A DNA stretch of 64,000 bases from Eledone cirrhosa (Eukaryota). Positions 11,136 through 24,100 of this stretch are shown one piece after another (the first letter of the stretch is position 1; each line of letters begins with the position of its first letter). Position numbers and translations under genes: made by a program. The stretch spans positions 5,890,001 to 5,954,000 of the forward strand of contig OZ024764.1 of assembly GCA_964016885.1 (NCBI GenBank), given 5' to 3'. The notes beneath the pieces are model-generated. The model ran no database searches and had not been told where the DNA came from. It saw nothing but the letters and a program-made list of their open reading frames with translations.

Positions 11136-14100
11136 TATATATGAAAGTAATTTAAACTATATATATATATATATATATAAACTATTCTTGGACTAGACTT
11201 TGCGTTGTGTTCTTGAACAAAACACTTTATTTCACATTGCTCCAGTTCACTCAGCTGTAGAAATGAGTTTAACCAGCTATAGGTTAAATAGCCTCACCAA
11301 CCCACAACTGGTCAAGTGGGTCAGTACAGCTACACTCCTGACATGACCGAAACCAAAACAGAAAACGGTGGAGGTCAAACAGGGAGGGGTTCCTCTAGCA
11401 GGAGTGAATGGATTGACTATATATTAGCTCGCTCCCATCCTGCTGTGCCAATCCTCAGGTAAAAAGTTTAGGCAGCTTCTCCTAATCCTCAAGACATGCT
11501 GGCTACCATTAGTCACCATGGGGTAGATTTATAACACCTGTGGGAGAAGTGTGTTGCTTCATGCCAGCGAGACCTGGGCCATGTTATCTGACTGTCTGAA
11601 TCGGCTCCGAAGAAATGACAGAGCTATGATCCACTGGATGTGTAGTGTGAGCACTGAGGATGATGTCAGCTCAACTGAGCTCCTAAAAAAAACTGCTGAT
11701 CGACAACCTCAAGGATGTGTTTCACGCGAGACACAAGCACTGTTGAGTGCAGTGAGGCCTGGATCAGCAAAGTGATGAAGGTTGATCCAGGAGGGGGTAG
11801 AGGCTGGTAGGGCCATGTTGAGTGCAGTGAGGCCTGGATCAGCAAAGTGATGAAGGTCGATCCAGGAGTCAGTAGAGGCCCAGGAAGACAAAAAAAGACT
11901 TGGATGGAGGATGTCTGTCGGGATCAAGCTAGGATTGGCCTGGCCCAAGTGAGACCGGTGGACAGAAACACATGGAGTGGGACACTAAGGGAGGCTGTCA
12001 GGCAGGTCCCACCCCTACTTATGGATTAATTGTCTCCTGCATAATGAACAACTGGATGATGATGATGATGATGATGATAGCCGCTCCCCCTCTCCTCCAA
12101 AGTGTCAGAAACCATGGAATAACTTACTGGTCCTTCAAGATGTCCTTAATTTGTACAAGATTCTGGCTGCTGAGTACAACGTTAGGGTATGTGGCCTTAT
12201 TAAGGGCCACTTGGTGCTCCTGGTATTCCTTCTTCTTCTGGGTCTACATGATAGAGAGACAATGTGAGAACACAAGGAGAAACAGAGAGAGGGAGAATGT
12301 GTCTGTCCAAATGGCTGCTAGAGTGTGTGTGTGTGTCCCAGTGTGTGTGGGTGTGTGTCTGCTAGAGTGTGTGGGTGTGTCCCAGTGTGTGTGGGTGTGT
12401 GTCTGCTAGAGTGTGTGGGTGTGTCCCAGTGTGTGTGGGTGTGTGTCTGCTAGAGTGTGTGGGTGTGTCCCAGTGTGTGTGGGTGTGTGTCTGCTAGAGT
12501 GTGTGGGTGTGTCCCAGTGTGTGTGGGTGTGTGTCTGCTAGAGTGTGTGGGTGTGTCCCAGTGTGTGTGGGTGTGTGTCTGCTAGAGTGTGTGGGTGTGT
12601 CCCAGTGTGTGTGGGTGTGTGTCTGCTAGAGTGTGTGGGTGTGTCCCAGTGTGTGTGGGTGTGTGTCTGCTAGAGTGTGTGGGTGTGTCCCAGTGTGTGT
12701 GTGTGTCTGCTAGAGTGTGTGGGTGTGTCCCAGTTTGTGTGTGTGTCTGCTAGAGTGTGTGTGTGTGTCCCAGTGTGTGTGTGTGTGTCTGCTAGAGTGT
12801 GTGGGTGTGTCCCAGTGTGTGTGTGTGTCTGCTAGAGTGTGTGGGTGTGTCCCAGTTTGTGTGTGTGTCTGCTAGAGTGTGTGGGTGTGTCCCAGTTTGT
12901 GTGTGTGTGTGTCCCAGTGTGTGTGTGTGTGTGTGTCCCAGTGTGTCTGTGTCTGCTAGAGTGTGTGTGTGTGTCCCAGTGTGTGTGTGTGTCTGCTAGA
13001 GTGTGTGGGTGTGTCCCAGTTTGTGTGTGTGTCTGCTAGAGTGTGTGTGTGTGTCCCAGTGTGTGTGTGTCTGTGTCTGCTAGAGTGTGTGGGTGTGTCC
13101 CAGTGTGTGTGTGTGTCTGCTAGAGTGTGTGGGTGTGTCCCAGTTTGTGTGTGTGTCTGCTAGAGTGTGTGTGTGTGTCCCAGTGTGTGTGTGTGTCTGC
13201 TAGAGTGTGTGGGTGTGTCTCAGTGTATGTGTGTGTCTGCTAGAGTGTGTGGGTGTGTGTGTCTATCTGCTAGTGTGTGTCTGCTAGAGTGTGTGTGTGT
13301 GTGTCCCAGTGTGTGTGTGTGTCTGCCTGCTAGAGTGTGTGGGTGTGTCCCAGTGTGTGTGTGTGCTAGTGTGTGGGTGTGTCCCAGTGTGTGTGTGTGT
13401 GTGCGTCTCAGTGTATGTGTGTGTCTGCTAGAGTGTGTGTGTCTGCTAGAGTGTGTGGGTGTGTCCCAGTGTATGTGTGTGTGTCTGCTAGAGTGTGTGG
13501 GTGTGTCCCAGTGTATGTGTGTGTGTCTGCTAGAGTGTGTGGGTGTGTCCCAGTGTGTGTGTGTGTGCGCGTCTCAGTGTATGTGTGTGTCTGCTAGAGT
13601 GTGTGTGTCTGCTAGAGTGTGTGGGTGTGTCCCAGTGTATGTGTGTGTCTGCTAGAGTGTGTGGGTGTGTCCCAGTGTATGTGTGTGTGTCTGCTAGAGT
13701 GTGTGGGTGTGTCCCAGTGTGTGTGTGTGTGCGCGTCTCAGTGTATGTGTGTGTCTGCTAGAGTGTGTGTGTCTGCTAGAGTGTGTGGGTGTGTCCCAGT
13801 GTATGTGTGTGTGTGCTAGAGTGTGTGGGTGTGTCCCAGTGTATGTGTGTCTGCTAGAGTGTGTGGGTGTGTCCCAGTGTATGTGTGTGTGTGCTACAGT
13901 GTGTGGGTGTGTCCCAGTGTGTGTGTGTGTGTGCTAGAGTGTGTGGGTGTGTCCCAGTGTATGTGTGTGTGTCTGCTAGAGTGTGTGGGTGTGTCCCAGT
14001 GTGTGTGTGTGTCTGCTAGAGTGTGTGGGTGTGTCCCAGTGTGTGTGTGTGTCTGCTAGAGTGTGTGTATGTGTGTGTGCTAGAGTGTGTGGGTGTGTCC

Positions 14101-17100
14101 CAGTATGTGTGTGTCTGTGTCTCCTAGAGTGTGTGGGTGTGTCCCAGTGTGTGTGTGTGTCTGCTAGAGTGTGTGTGTGTGTCTGCTAGAGTGTGTGGGT
14201 GTGTCCCAGTGTGTGTGTGTCTGTGTCTGCTAGAGTGTGTGGGTGTCTCCCAGTGTGTGGGTGTCTCCCAGTGTGTGTGTGTCTGCTAGAGTGTGTGGGT
14301 GTCTCCCAGTGTGTGTGTGTCTGCTAGAGTGTGTGGGTGTCTCCCAGTGTGTGTGTGTCTGCTAGAGTGTGTGGGTGTCTCCCAGTGTGTTTTTGTCTGC
14401 TAGAGTGTGTGGGTGTGTCCCAGTGTGTGTGTGTCTGTGTCTGCTAGAGTGTGTGGGTGTCTCCCAGTGTGTGTGTGTCTGCTAGAGTGTGTGGGTGTCT
14501 CCCAGTGTGTGTGTGTCTGCTAGAGTGTGTGGGTGTGTCCCAGTGTGTGTGTGTCTGTGTCTGCTAGAGTGTGTGGGTGTCTCCCAGTGTGTGTGTGTCT
14601 GCTAGAGTGTGTGGGTGTCTCCCAGTGTGTGTGTGTCTGCTAGAGTGTGTGGGTGTCTCCCAGTGTGTGTGTGTCTGCTAGAGTGTGTGGGTGTCTCCCA
14701 GTGTGTGTGTGTCTGTGTCTGCTAGAGTGTGTGTGTGTCTGCTAGAGTGTGTGGGTGTGTCCCAGTGTGTGTGTGTCTGTGTCTGCTAGAGTGTGTGGGT
14801 GTCTCCCAGTGTGTCTGTGTCTGCTAGAGTGTGTGGGTGTGTCCCAGTGTGTGTGTGTCTGTGTCTGCTAGAGTGTGTGGGTGTCTCCCAGTGTGTGTGT
14901 GTCTGCTAGAGTGTGTGGGTGTGTCCCAGTGTGTGTGTGTCTGCTAGAGTGTGTGGGTGTCTCCCAGTGTGTGTGTGTCTGTGTCTGCTAGAGTGTGTGG
15001 GTGTCTCCCAGTGTGTGTGTGTCTGCTAGAGTGTGTGGGTGTGTCCCAGTGTATGTGTGTGTGTGTGTCTGCTAGAGTGTGTGGGTGTGTCCCAGTGTGT
15101 GTGTGTCTGCTAGAGTGTGTGGGTGTGTCCCAGTGTGTGTGTGTCTGCTAGAGTGTGTGGGTGTGTCCCAGTGTGTGTGTGTCTGCTAGAGTGTGTGGGT
15201 GTGTCCCAGTGTGTGTGTGTGTCTGCTAGAGTGTGTGGGTGTGTCCCAGTGTGTGTGTGTGTGTCTGCTAGAGTGTGTGGATGTGTCCCAGTGTGTGTGT
15301 GTGTGTGTGTGCTAGAGTGTGTGGGTGTGTCCCAGTGTATGTGTGTGTGTGCGTCTCAGCGTATGTGTGTGTGGGTGTGTCCCAGTGTATGTGTGTGTGT
15401 GCTAGTGTGTGGGTGTGTCCCAGTGTGTGTGTGTGTGTGTGTGTGCTAGAGTGTGTGGGTGTGTCCCAGTGTATGTGTGTGTGTGCGTCTCAGCGTATGT
15501 GTGTGTGGGTGTGTCCCAGTGTATGTGTGTGTGTGCTAGAGTGTGTGGGTGTGTCCCAGTGTGTGTGTGTGTTTCTGCTAGAGTGTGTGGGTGTGTCCCA
15601 GTGTGTGTGTGCTAGAGTGTGTGGGTGTGTCCCAGTGTATGTGTGTGTGTGCGTCTCAGCGTATGTGTGTGTGGGTGTGTCCCAGTGTATGTGTGTGTGT
15701 GCTAGAGTGTGTGGGTGTGTCCCAGTGTGTGTGTGTCTGCTAGAGTGTATGTGTGTGTCTGCTAGAGTATGTGGGTGTGTCCCAGTGTATGTGTGTGTGT
15801 GTGTCCCAGTGTGGGTGTGTCTGCTAGAGTGTATGTGTGTGTCTGCTAGAGTGTGTGAGTGTGTCCCAGTGTATGTGGGTGTGTCTGCTAGAGTGTGTGG
15901 GTGTGTCCCAGTGTGTGTGTGTGTGTCTGCTAGAGTGTGTCCCAGTGTATGTGTGTGTGTCTGCTAGAGTGTGTGTGTGTGTCCCAGTGTGTGTGTGTGT
16001 CTGCTAGAGTGTGTGGGTGTGTCCCAGTGTGTGTGTGTGTGTGTGTGCTAGAGTGTGTGGGTGTGTCCCAGTTTGTGTGTGTGTGCTAGAGTGTGTGGGT
16101 GTGTCCCAGTGTGTGTGTGTGTGTCTGCTAGAGTGTGTGGGTGTGTCCCAGTGTGTGTGTGTGTGTGCTAGAGTGTGTGGGTGTGTCCCAGTGTGTGTGT
16201 GTGTGTCTGCAAGAGTGTGTGGGTGTGTCCCAGTGTATGTGTGTGTGTGTGCTAGAGTGTGATTGTGTCTCCCAGTGTGTGTGTGTGTCTGCTAGAGTGT
16301 GTGTGTGTGTGTGTGTGCTAGAGTGTGTGGGTGTGTCCCAGTGTGTGTGTGTCTGCTAGAGTGTGTGGGTGTGTCCCAGTGTATGTGTCTGCTAGAGTGT
16401 GTGTCTGCTAGAGTGTGTGGGTGTGTCCCAGTGTGTGTGTGTCTGCTAGAGTGTGTGAGTGTGTCCCAGTGTGTGTGTGTGTCTGCTAGAGTGTGTGGGT
16501 GTGTCCCAGTGTGTGTGTGTGTCTGCTAGAGTGTGTGGGTGTGTCCCAGTGTATGTGTCTGCTAGAGTGTGTGTCTGCTAGAGTGTGTGGGTGTGTCCCA
16601 GTGTGTGTGTGTGTCTGCTAGAGTGTGTGGGTGTGTCCCAGTGTGTGTGTGTGTCTGCTAGAGTGTGTGGGTGTGTCCCAGTGTGTGTGTGTCTGCTAGA
16701 GTGTGTGGGTGTGTCCCAGTGTGTGTGTGTCTGCTAGAGTGTGTGGGTGTGTCCCAGTGTGTGTGTGTGTCTGCTAGAGTGTGTGGGTGTGTCCCAGTGT
16801 ATGTGTCTGCTAGAGTGTGTGTCTGCTAGAGTGTGTGGGTGTGTCCCAGTGTGTGTGTGTGTCTGCTAGAGTGTGTGGGTGTGTCCCAGTGTGTGTGTGT
16901 GTCTGCTAGAGTGTGTGGGTGTGTCCCAGTGTATGTGTCTGCTAGAGTGTGTGGGTGTGTCCCAGTGTGTGTGTGTGTCTGCTAGAGTGTGTGGGTGTGT
17001 CCCAGTGTATGTGTCTGCTAGAGTGTGTGTCTGCTAGAGTGTGTGGGTGTGTCCCAGTGTGTGTGTCTGCTAGAGTGTGTGGGTGTGTCCCAGTGTATGT

Positions 17101-20100
17101 GTCTGCTAGAGTGTGTGTCTGCTAGAGTGTGTGGGTGTGTCCCAGTGTGTATGTGTGTCTGCTAGAGTGTGTGGGTGTGTCCCAGTGTATGTGTCTGCTA
17201 GAGTGTGTGGGTGTGTCCCAGTGTGTATGTGTGTCTGCTAGAGTGTGTGGGTGTGTCCCAGTGTATGTGTCTGCTAGAGTGTGTGGGTGTGTCCCAGTGT
17301 GTATGTGTGTCTGCTAGAGTGTGTGGGTGTGTCCCAGTGTATGTGTCTGCTAGAGTGTGTGGGTGTGTCCCAGTGTGTGTGTGTGTCTGCTAGAGTGTGT
17401 GTGTGTGTCTGCTAGAGTGTGTGGGTGTGTCCCAGTGTATGTGTGTGTGTGTGCTAGAGTGTGATTGTGTCTCCCAGTGTGTGTGTGTGTCCCAGTGTGT
17501 GTGTGTCTGCTAGAGTGTGTGGGTGTGTCCCAGTGTATGTGTCTGCTAGAGTGTGTGGGTGTGTCCCAGTGTGTATGTGTGTCTGCTAGAGTGTGTGGGT
17601 GTGTCCCAGTGTGTATGTGTGTCTGCTAGAGTGTGTGGGTGTGTCCCAGTGTATGTGTCTGCTAGAGTGTGTGTCTGCTAGAGTGTGTGGGTGTGTCCCA
17701 GTGTGTATGTGTGTCTGCTAGAGTGTGTGGGTGTGTCCCAGTGTATGTGTCTGCTAGAGTGTGTGTCTGCTAGAGTGTGTGGGTGTGTCCCAGTGTATGT
17801 GTCTGCTAGAGTGTGTGGGTGTGTCTGCTAGAGTGTGTCCCAGTGTGTGTGTGTGTGTGTCTGCTAGAGTGTGTGGGTGTGTCCCAGTGTATGTGTGTGT
17901 GTGTGCTAGAGTATGATTGTGTCTCCCAGTGTGTGTGTGTGTCTGCTAGAGTGTGTGTGTGTGTGTGTGTGCTAGAGTGTGTGGGTGTGTCCCAGTGTGT
18001 GTGTGTCTGCTAGAGTGTGTGGGTGTGTCCCAGTGTATGTGTCTGCTAGAGTGTGTGGGTGTGTATGTGTGTCTGCTAGAGTGTGTGGGTGTGTCCCAGT
18101 GTATGTGTGTCTGCTAGAGTGTGTGGGTGTGTCCCAGTGTATGTGTCTGCTAGAGTGTGTGTCTGCTAGAGTGTGTGGGTGTGTCTGCTAGAGTGTGTCC
18201 CAGTGTGTGTGTGTGTGTCTGCTAGAGTGTGTGGGTGTGTCCCAGTTTGTGTGTGTGTGCTAGAGTGTGTGGGTGTGTCCCAGTGTGTGTGTGTGTGTCT
18301 GCTAGAGTGTGTGGGTGTGTCCCAGTGTGTGTGTGTGTGTCTGCTAGAGTGTGTGTGTGTGTGTGCTAGAGTGTGTGGGTGTGTCCCAGTGTGTGTGTGT
18401 GTGTCTGCAAGAGTGTGTGGGTGTGTCCCAGTGTATGTGTGTGTGTGTGCTAGAGTGTGATTGTGTCTCCCAGTGTGTGTGTGTGTCTGCTAGAGTGTGT
18501 GTGTGTGTGCTAGAGTGTGTGGGTGTGTCCCAGTGTGTGTGTGTCTGCAAGAGTGTGTGGGTGTGTCCCAGTGTATGTGTGTGTGTGCTAGAGTGTGATT
18601 GTGTCTCCCAGTGTGTGTGTGTGTCTGCTAGAGTGTGTGTGTGTGTGTGTGTGTGTCCCAGTGTGTGTGTGTCTGCTAGAGTGTGTGTCTGCGCCCCAGT
18701 GTGTGTGTCTGTGTCTGCTAGAGTGTGTGGGTGTGTCTGCTAGAGTGTGTCCCAGTGTATGTGTGTGTCTGCTAGAGTGTGTGGGTGTGTCCCAGTGTAT
18801 GTGTGTGTCTGCTAGAGTGTGTGGGTGTGTCCCAGTGTGTGTGTGTGTCTGCTAGAGTGTGTGGGTGTGTCCCAGTGTGTGTGTGTCTGCTAGAGTGTGT
18901 GTCTGCGCCCCAGTGTGTGTGTCTGTGTCTGCTAGAGTGTGTGGGTGTGTCTGCTAGAGTGTGTCCCAGTGTATGTGTGTGTCTGCTAGAGTGTGTGGGT
19001 GTGTCCCAGTGTATGTGTGTGTCTGCTAGAGTGTGTGGGTGTGTCCCAGTGTGTGTGTGTGTCTGCTAGAGTGTGTGGGTGTGTCCCAGTGTGTGTGTGT
19101 CTGCTAGAGTGTGTGGGTGTGTCCCAGTGTATGTGTGTGTCTGCTAGAGTGTGTGGGTGTGTCCCAGTGTGTGTGTGTGTCTGCTAGAGTGTGTGGGTGT
19201 GTCCCAGTGTGTGTGTGTCTGCGCCCCAGTGTGTGTGTCTGTGTCTGCTAGAGTGTGTGGGTGTGTCTGCTAGAGTGTGTCCCAGTGTATGTGTGTGTCT
19301 GCTAGAGTGTGTGGGTGTGTCCCAGTGTATGTGTGTGTCTGCTAGAGTGTGTGGGTGTGTCCCAGTGTGTGTGTGTGTCTGCTAGAGTGTGTGGGTGTGT
19401 CCCAGTGTGTGTGTGTCTGCTAGAGTGTGTGGGTGTGTCCCAGTGTATGTGTGTGTCTGCTAGAGTGTGTGGGTGTGTCCCAGTGTGTGTGTGTGTCTGC
19501 TAGAGTGTGTGGGTGTGTCCCAGTGTGTGTGTGTCTGCTAGAGTGTGTGTCTGCGCCCCAGTGTGTGTGTCTGTGTCTGCTAGAGTGTGTGGGTGTGTCT
19601 GCTAGAGTGTGTCCCAGTGTATGTGTGTGTCTGCTAGAGTGTGTGGGTGTGTCCCAGTGTATGTGTGTGTCTGCTAGAGTGTGTGGGTGTGTCCCAGTGT
19701 GTGTGTGTGTGTCTGCTAGAGTGTGTGGGTGTGTCCCAGTTTGTGTGTGTGTCTGCTAGAGTGTGTGGGTGTGTCCCAGTTTGTGTGTGTGTCTGCTAGA
19801 GTGTGTGGGTGTGTCCCAGTGTGTGTGTCTGCTAGAGTGTGTGGGTGTGTCCCAGTGTATGTGTGTCTGCTAGAGTGTGTGTGTGTGTGTCTGCTAGAGT
19901 GTGTGGGTGTGTCCCAGTGTATGTGTGTGTCTGCTAGAGTGTGTGGGTGTGTCCCAGTGTATGTGTGTGTCTGCTTGAGTGTGTCCCAGTGTATGTGTGT
20001 GTCCCAGTGTGTGTGTGTGTCTGCTAGAGTGTGTGGGTGTGTCCCAGTGTGGGTGTGTGTGTGTGTCCCAGTTTGTGTGTGTACGTGTCCCAGTGTATGT

Positions 20101-21055
20101 GTGTGTCTGCTAGAGTGTGGGTGTGTCCCAGTGTGTGTGCCTGCTAGAGTATGTGTGTCTGTCTGCTAGAGTGTGTGTGTGTGTCCCAGTTTGTGTGTGT
20201 ACGTGTCCCAGTGTATGTGTGTGTCTGCTAGAGTGTGGGTGTGTCCCAGTGTGTGTGCCTGCTAGAGTGTGTGTGTGTGTCCCAGTTTGTGTGTGTACGT
20301 GTCCCAGTGTATGTGTGTGTCTGCTAGAGTGTGGGTGTGTCCCAGTGTGTGTGCCTGCTAGAGTATGTGTGTCTGTCTGCTAGAGTGTGTGTGTGTGTCC
20401 CAGTTTGTGTGTGTACGTGTCCCAGTGTATGTGTGTGTCTGCTAGAGTGTGGGTGTGTCTGTCTGCTAGAGTGTGTGTGTGTGTCCCAGTTTGTGTGTGT
20501 ACGTGTCCCAGTGTATGTGTGTGCCTGCTAGAGTGTGTGGGTGTGTCACAGTGTGTGTGTGTGTGTACCTGTGTCTCCGTTTGTCCATGTGTGTATGTAT
20601 ATCCATGTCCCTGTGTGTGTGTGTGTGTAAGTGTTTGCCCATTTGTCAACACCTGGTTGCCCCCCCCCCCCCACGTGTGTGTGTGTGTGTAAGTGTTTGC
20701 CCATTCGTCAACACCTGGTTGCCCCCCCCCACGTGTGTGTGTGTGTGTGTGTGTGTAAGTGTTTGCCCATTTGTCAACACCTGGTTGCCCCCCCCCCACG
20801 TGTGTGTGTGTGTGTGTAAGTGTTTGCCCATTCGTCAACACCTGGTTGCCCCCCCCCACGTGTGTGTGTGTGTGTGTGTGTGTAAGTGTTTGCCCATTTG
20901 TCAACACCTGGTTGCCCCCCCCCCAACGTGTGTGTGTGTGTGTGTGTGTGTGTAAGTGTTTGCCCATTCGTCAACACCTGGGTGTCCCCCCCCCCACGTG
21001 TGTGTGTGTGTGTGTAAGTGTTTGCCCATTTGTCAACACCTGGTTGCCCCCCCCC

Positions 21056-21090
<35 letters not shown>

Positions 21091-21127
21091 GTGTTTGCCC
21101 ATTTGTCAACACCTGGGTGTCCCCCCC

Positions 21128-21182
<55 letters not shown>

Positions 21183-24100
21183 CTCCACGTGCCCCAGTCC
21201 AATGACACCAGTAACAACAACAACAACACCATCTTACCTTGTTTAATTCCTTGCGAAGTGAGTCCAGTTGTAACTCCATAGTCTTCAGTTCCTTCATCAT
21301 ATCCCTCTCAGCATCTGACAGGATGGGGAGGTGGCTCTGGACCTTACGCACCAATACCGACACTCTGGAACAAACAGGAATAGATAGACACATATATACA
21401 CATGTATATATATATATACACACACACACACATATATATACACATCATCATCATCGTTTAACGTCTATCTTCCATGCTAGCATGGGTTTAGACGGGAGTT
21501 GTCCCACTTGAGGCAAGATTGGTTTTCTCGCTCGTATAGGACAGCATGGAGGCACATGGCTTAGTGGTTAGAGCATTGGCCTTGCAATCGAAAGGTTGTG
21601 AGTTCAATTCTCAGACCAGGTGATGTGTTGTTTCCTTGAGCAAGACACTTTATTTCACATTGCTCCAGTTTACTCAGCTGTAGAAATGAGATGATAGGGA
21701 CTGGGGTCCCTATCATTCCACTGCAAAGTGGACGTGGAGGTGCCACGGCAAAAAAGCACCCAGCCCACACTGTAAATGAGGTTGGTGTTGGGAAGGGCAT
21801 CCAGCTGTAGAAATGAAGCCAGAATCAGTTCCCGTCCCACCCTTGCATGCAGGGAAAAGTGGACGTAAAATGACGATGATGAAATGATGATATATATATA
21901 CAAACACAGACATATAATATATACACCATACACACATCATCATCATTTTACGTTCACTTGTCCCTGCTTGCAAGGGTGGGACAGGTCCTATTCAGCACAG
22001 AATCTCCATTTATCACGATGCCTCATCTCCTTTGCCCATGATTTTTGTAGTCTTCCTTCCACTGGGATTTCTTGGCACTTCTTCACCCAGCGGTCATCCT
22101 CCATACACATCACATGTCCATACCATCGCAATCATCTCTCCCACACACTACAACTTATCCCTCTTATACACAGTTCCTCTCTCAACTCTCCAGGGAGTGT
22201 AATATGAAGTTACTGTAGGTTCATTCATTCTGTCGTTACTAAAACAGAGGTCTGACGAGCTTTTGATTCCAGAGTTGTGCCAGATTGATACAGATCGAAC
22301 CTTGAGCTGATCGGTGATGAAACACATGTCACCAATCAATAAATGTAATGAAGGCTGAACAAATCATCCTTGTATTATTATATATATACTCACATATGTC
22401 TGTATATATACATATATACACACACACATATATAATATAATTGCACACAGACACACGAGACAGATATATAGATATAATTCCAACCATGCCCACCTCTTCA
22501 AGAGACTGTCCTGTTTTTCCTTGCTACATTCATATTTCTCAGCCAAAGTTTCACTGAAACTCTTCAAAGATGTCTGACTCTCCACCATTTCTTTTAGTTC
22601 CGACATTTGGTAGGTCTTCTGGGCCAGAAGTATGTTCATTCTACAGGGAGAGACATACAGACAGATTAGTGGTGGTGGTGTGGTAGTGGTAGTGCTGGTG
22701 GTGGTGTAGTGGTGGTATAGTGGTAGTAGTGGTGGTGTGGTAGTGATAGTGGTGGTGTAGTGGTAGTGGTTTAGGTGTGGTGGTGGTGGTGTAGTGGTGG
22801 TGGTGTGGTAGTGGTGGTGGTGGTGTAATGGTAGTGGTGTAGTGGTGGTGGTGTGGTAGTGGTGGTAGTGGTGGTGGTGGTGTAGTGGTAGGTCTTCTGG
22901 GCCAGAAGTATGTTCATTCTACAGGGAGAGACATACAGACAGGTTAGTGGTAGTGGTGTAGTGGTGGTGTGGTAGTGGTGTAGTGGATGTGGTGTAATGA
23001 TGGTGGTGGTGTAGTGGATGTGGTGTAATGATGGTGGTGGTGTAGTGGTATTGCATGAGCATCACAGATGTGGCTTCCTAGTCCTACTAGGGACTTGCCT
23101 ATGGCCAGCAATACCATGCATTGCAAAACAATGTCACATCAAGCGATGCCTGTGCTTGAAGCTTTTTTAATTTAGGAAAGGCTTTGCACGGAGCCAATCC
23201 CACTCTCTGAACATTGAATGCTTTTACCCTAAAAGTAGAACTGGTCTACATCATTGGATGTAAACAATGTCACAGGTTTATATCAGAGTGACCTTCTCTA
23301 GAGAGATGTCGTAACCCTTTAGCATTTAAACCAGCCATATCTTTCTCACCTCTTTCTCTTCAAACTGGCCGCTCATACTGATATTAAGGTATTGTTCTCA
23401 ACATAAATAATATCAAAATCTCATAGATTTGCTATTATGTGAGGTAAAGACTTTACTGTGACAATACAATAGTATATATAGAGTAATGTAAATGTTATGT
23501 GAGGTATTATGTGAGGTAAAGCCTTTACTGTGACAATACAATAGTATATATAGAGTAATGTAAATGTTATGTGAGATATTATGTGAGGTAAAGCCTTTAC
23601 TGTGACAATACAATAGTATATATAGAGTAATGTAAATGTTATGTGAGATATTATGTGAGGTAAAGCCTTTACTGTGAAAATACAATAGTATATATAGAGT
23701 AATGTAAATGTTATGTGAGATATTATGTGAGGTGAAGTCTTTACTGTGACAATACAATAGTATATATAGAGTAATGTAAATGTTATGTGAGATATTATGT
23801 GAGGTAAAGCCTTTACTGTGAAAATACAATAGTATATATAGAGTAATGTAAATGTTATGTGAGATATTATGTGAGGTGAAGTCTTTACTGTGACAATACA
23901 ATAGTATATATAGAGTAATGTAAATGTTATGTGAGATATTATGAGAGGTAAAGCCTTTACTGTGAAAATACAATAGTATATATAGAGTAATGTAAATGTT
24001 ATGTGAGATATTATGTGAGGTAAAGCCTTTACTGTGACAATACAATAGTATATATAGAGTAATGTAAATGTTATGTGAGGTATTATGTGAGGTAAAGCCT

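Noticed and set aside
12315-21232. Dozens of Cys/Val-rich ORFs
   Set aside because: Translations of (GT)n compound satellite inside a NUP88 intron
21547-21620. tRNA gene
   Set aside because: A and B boxes present but no full cloverleaf; continues into a SINE body present six times
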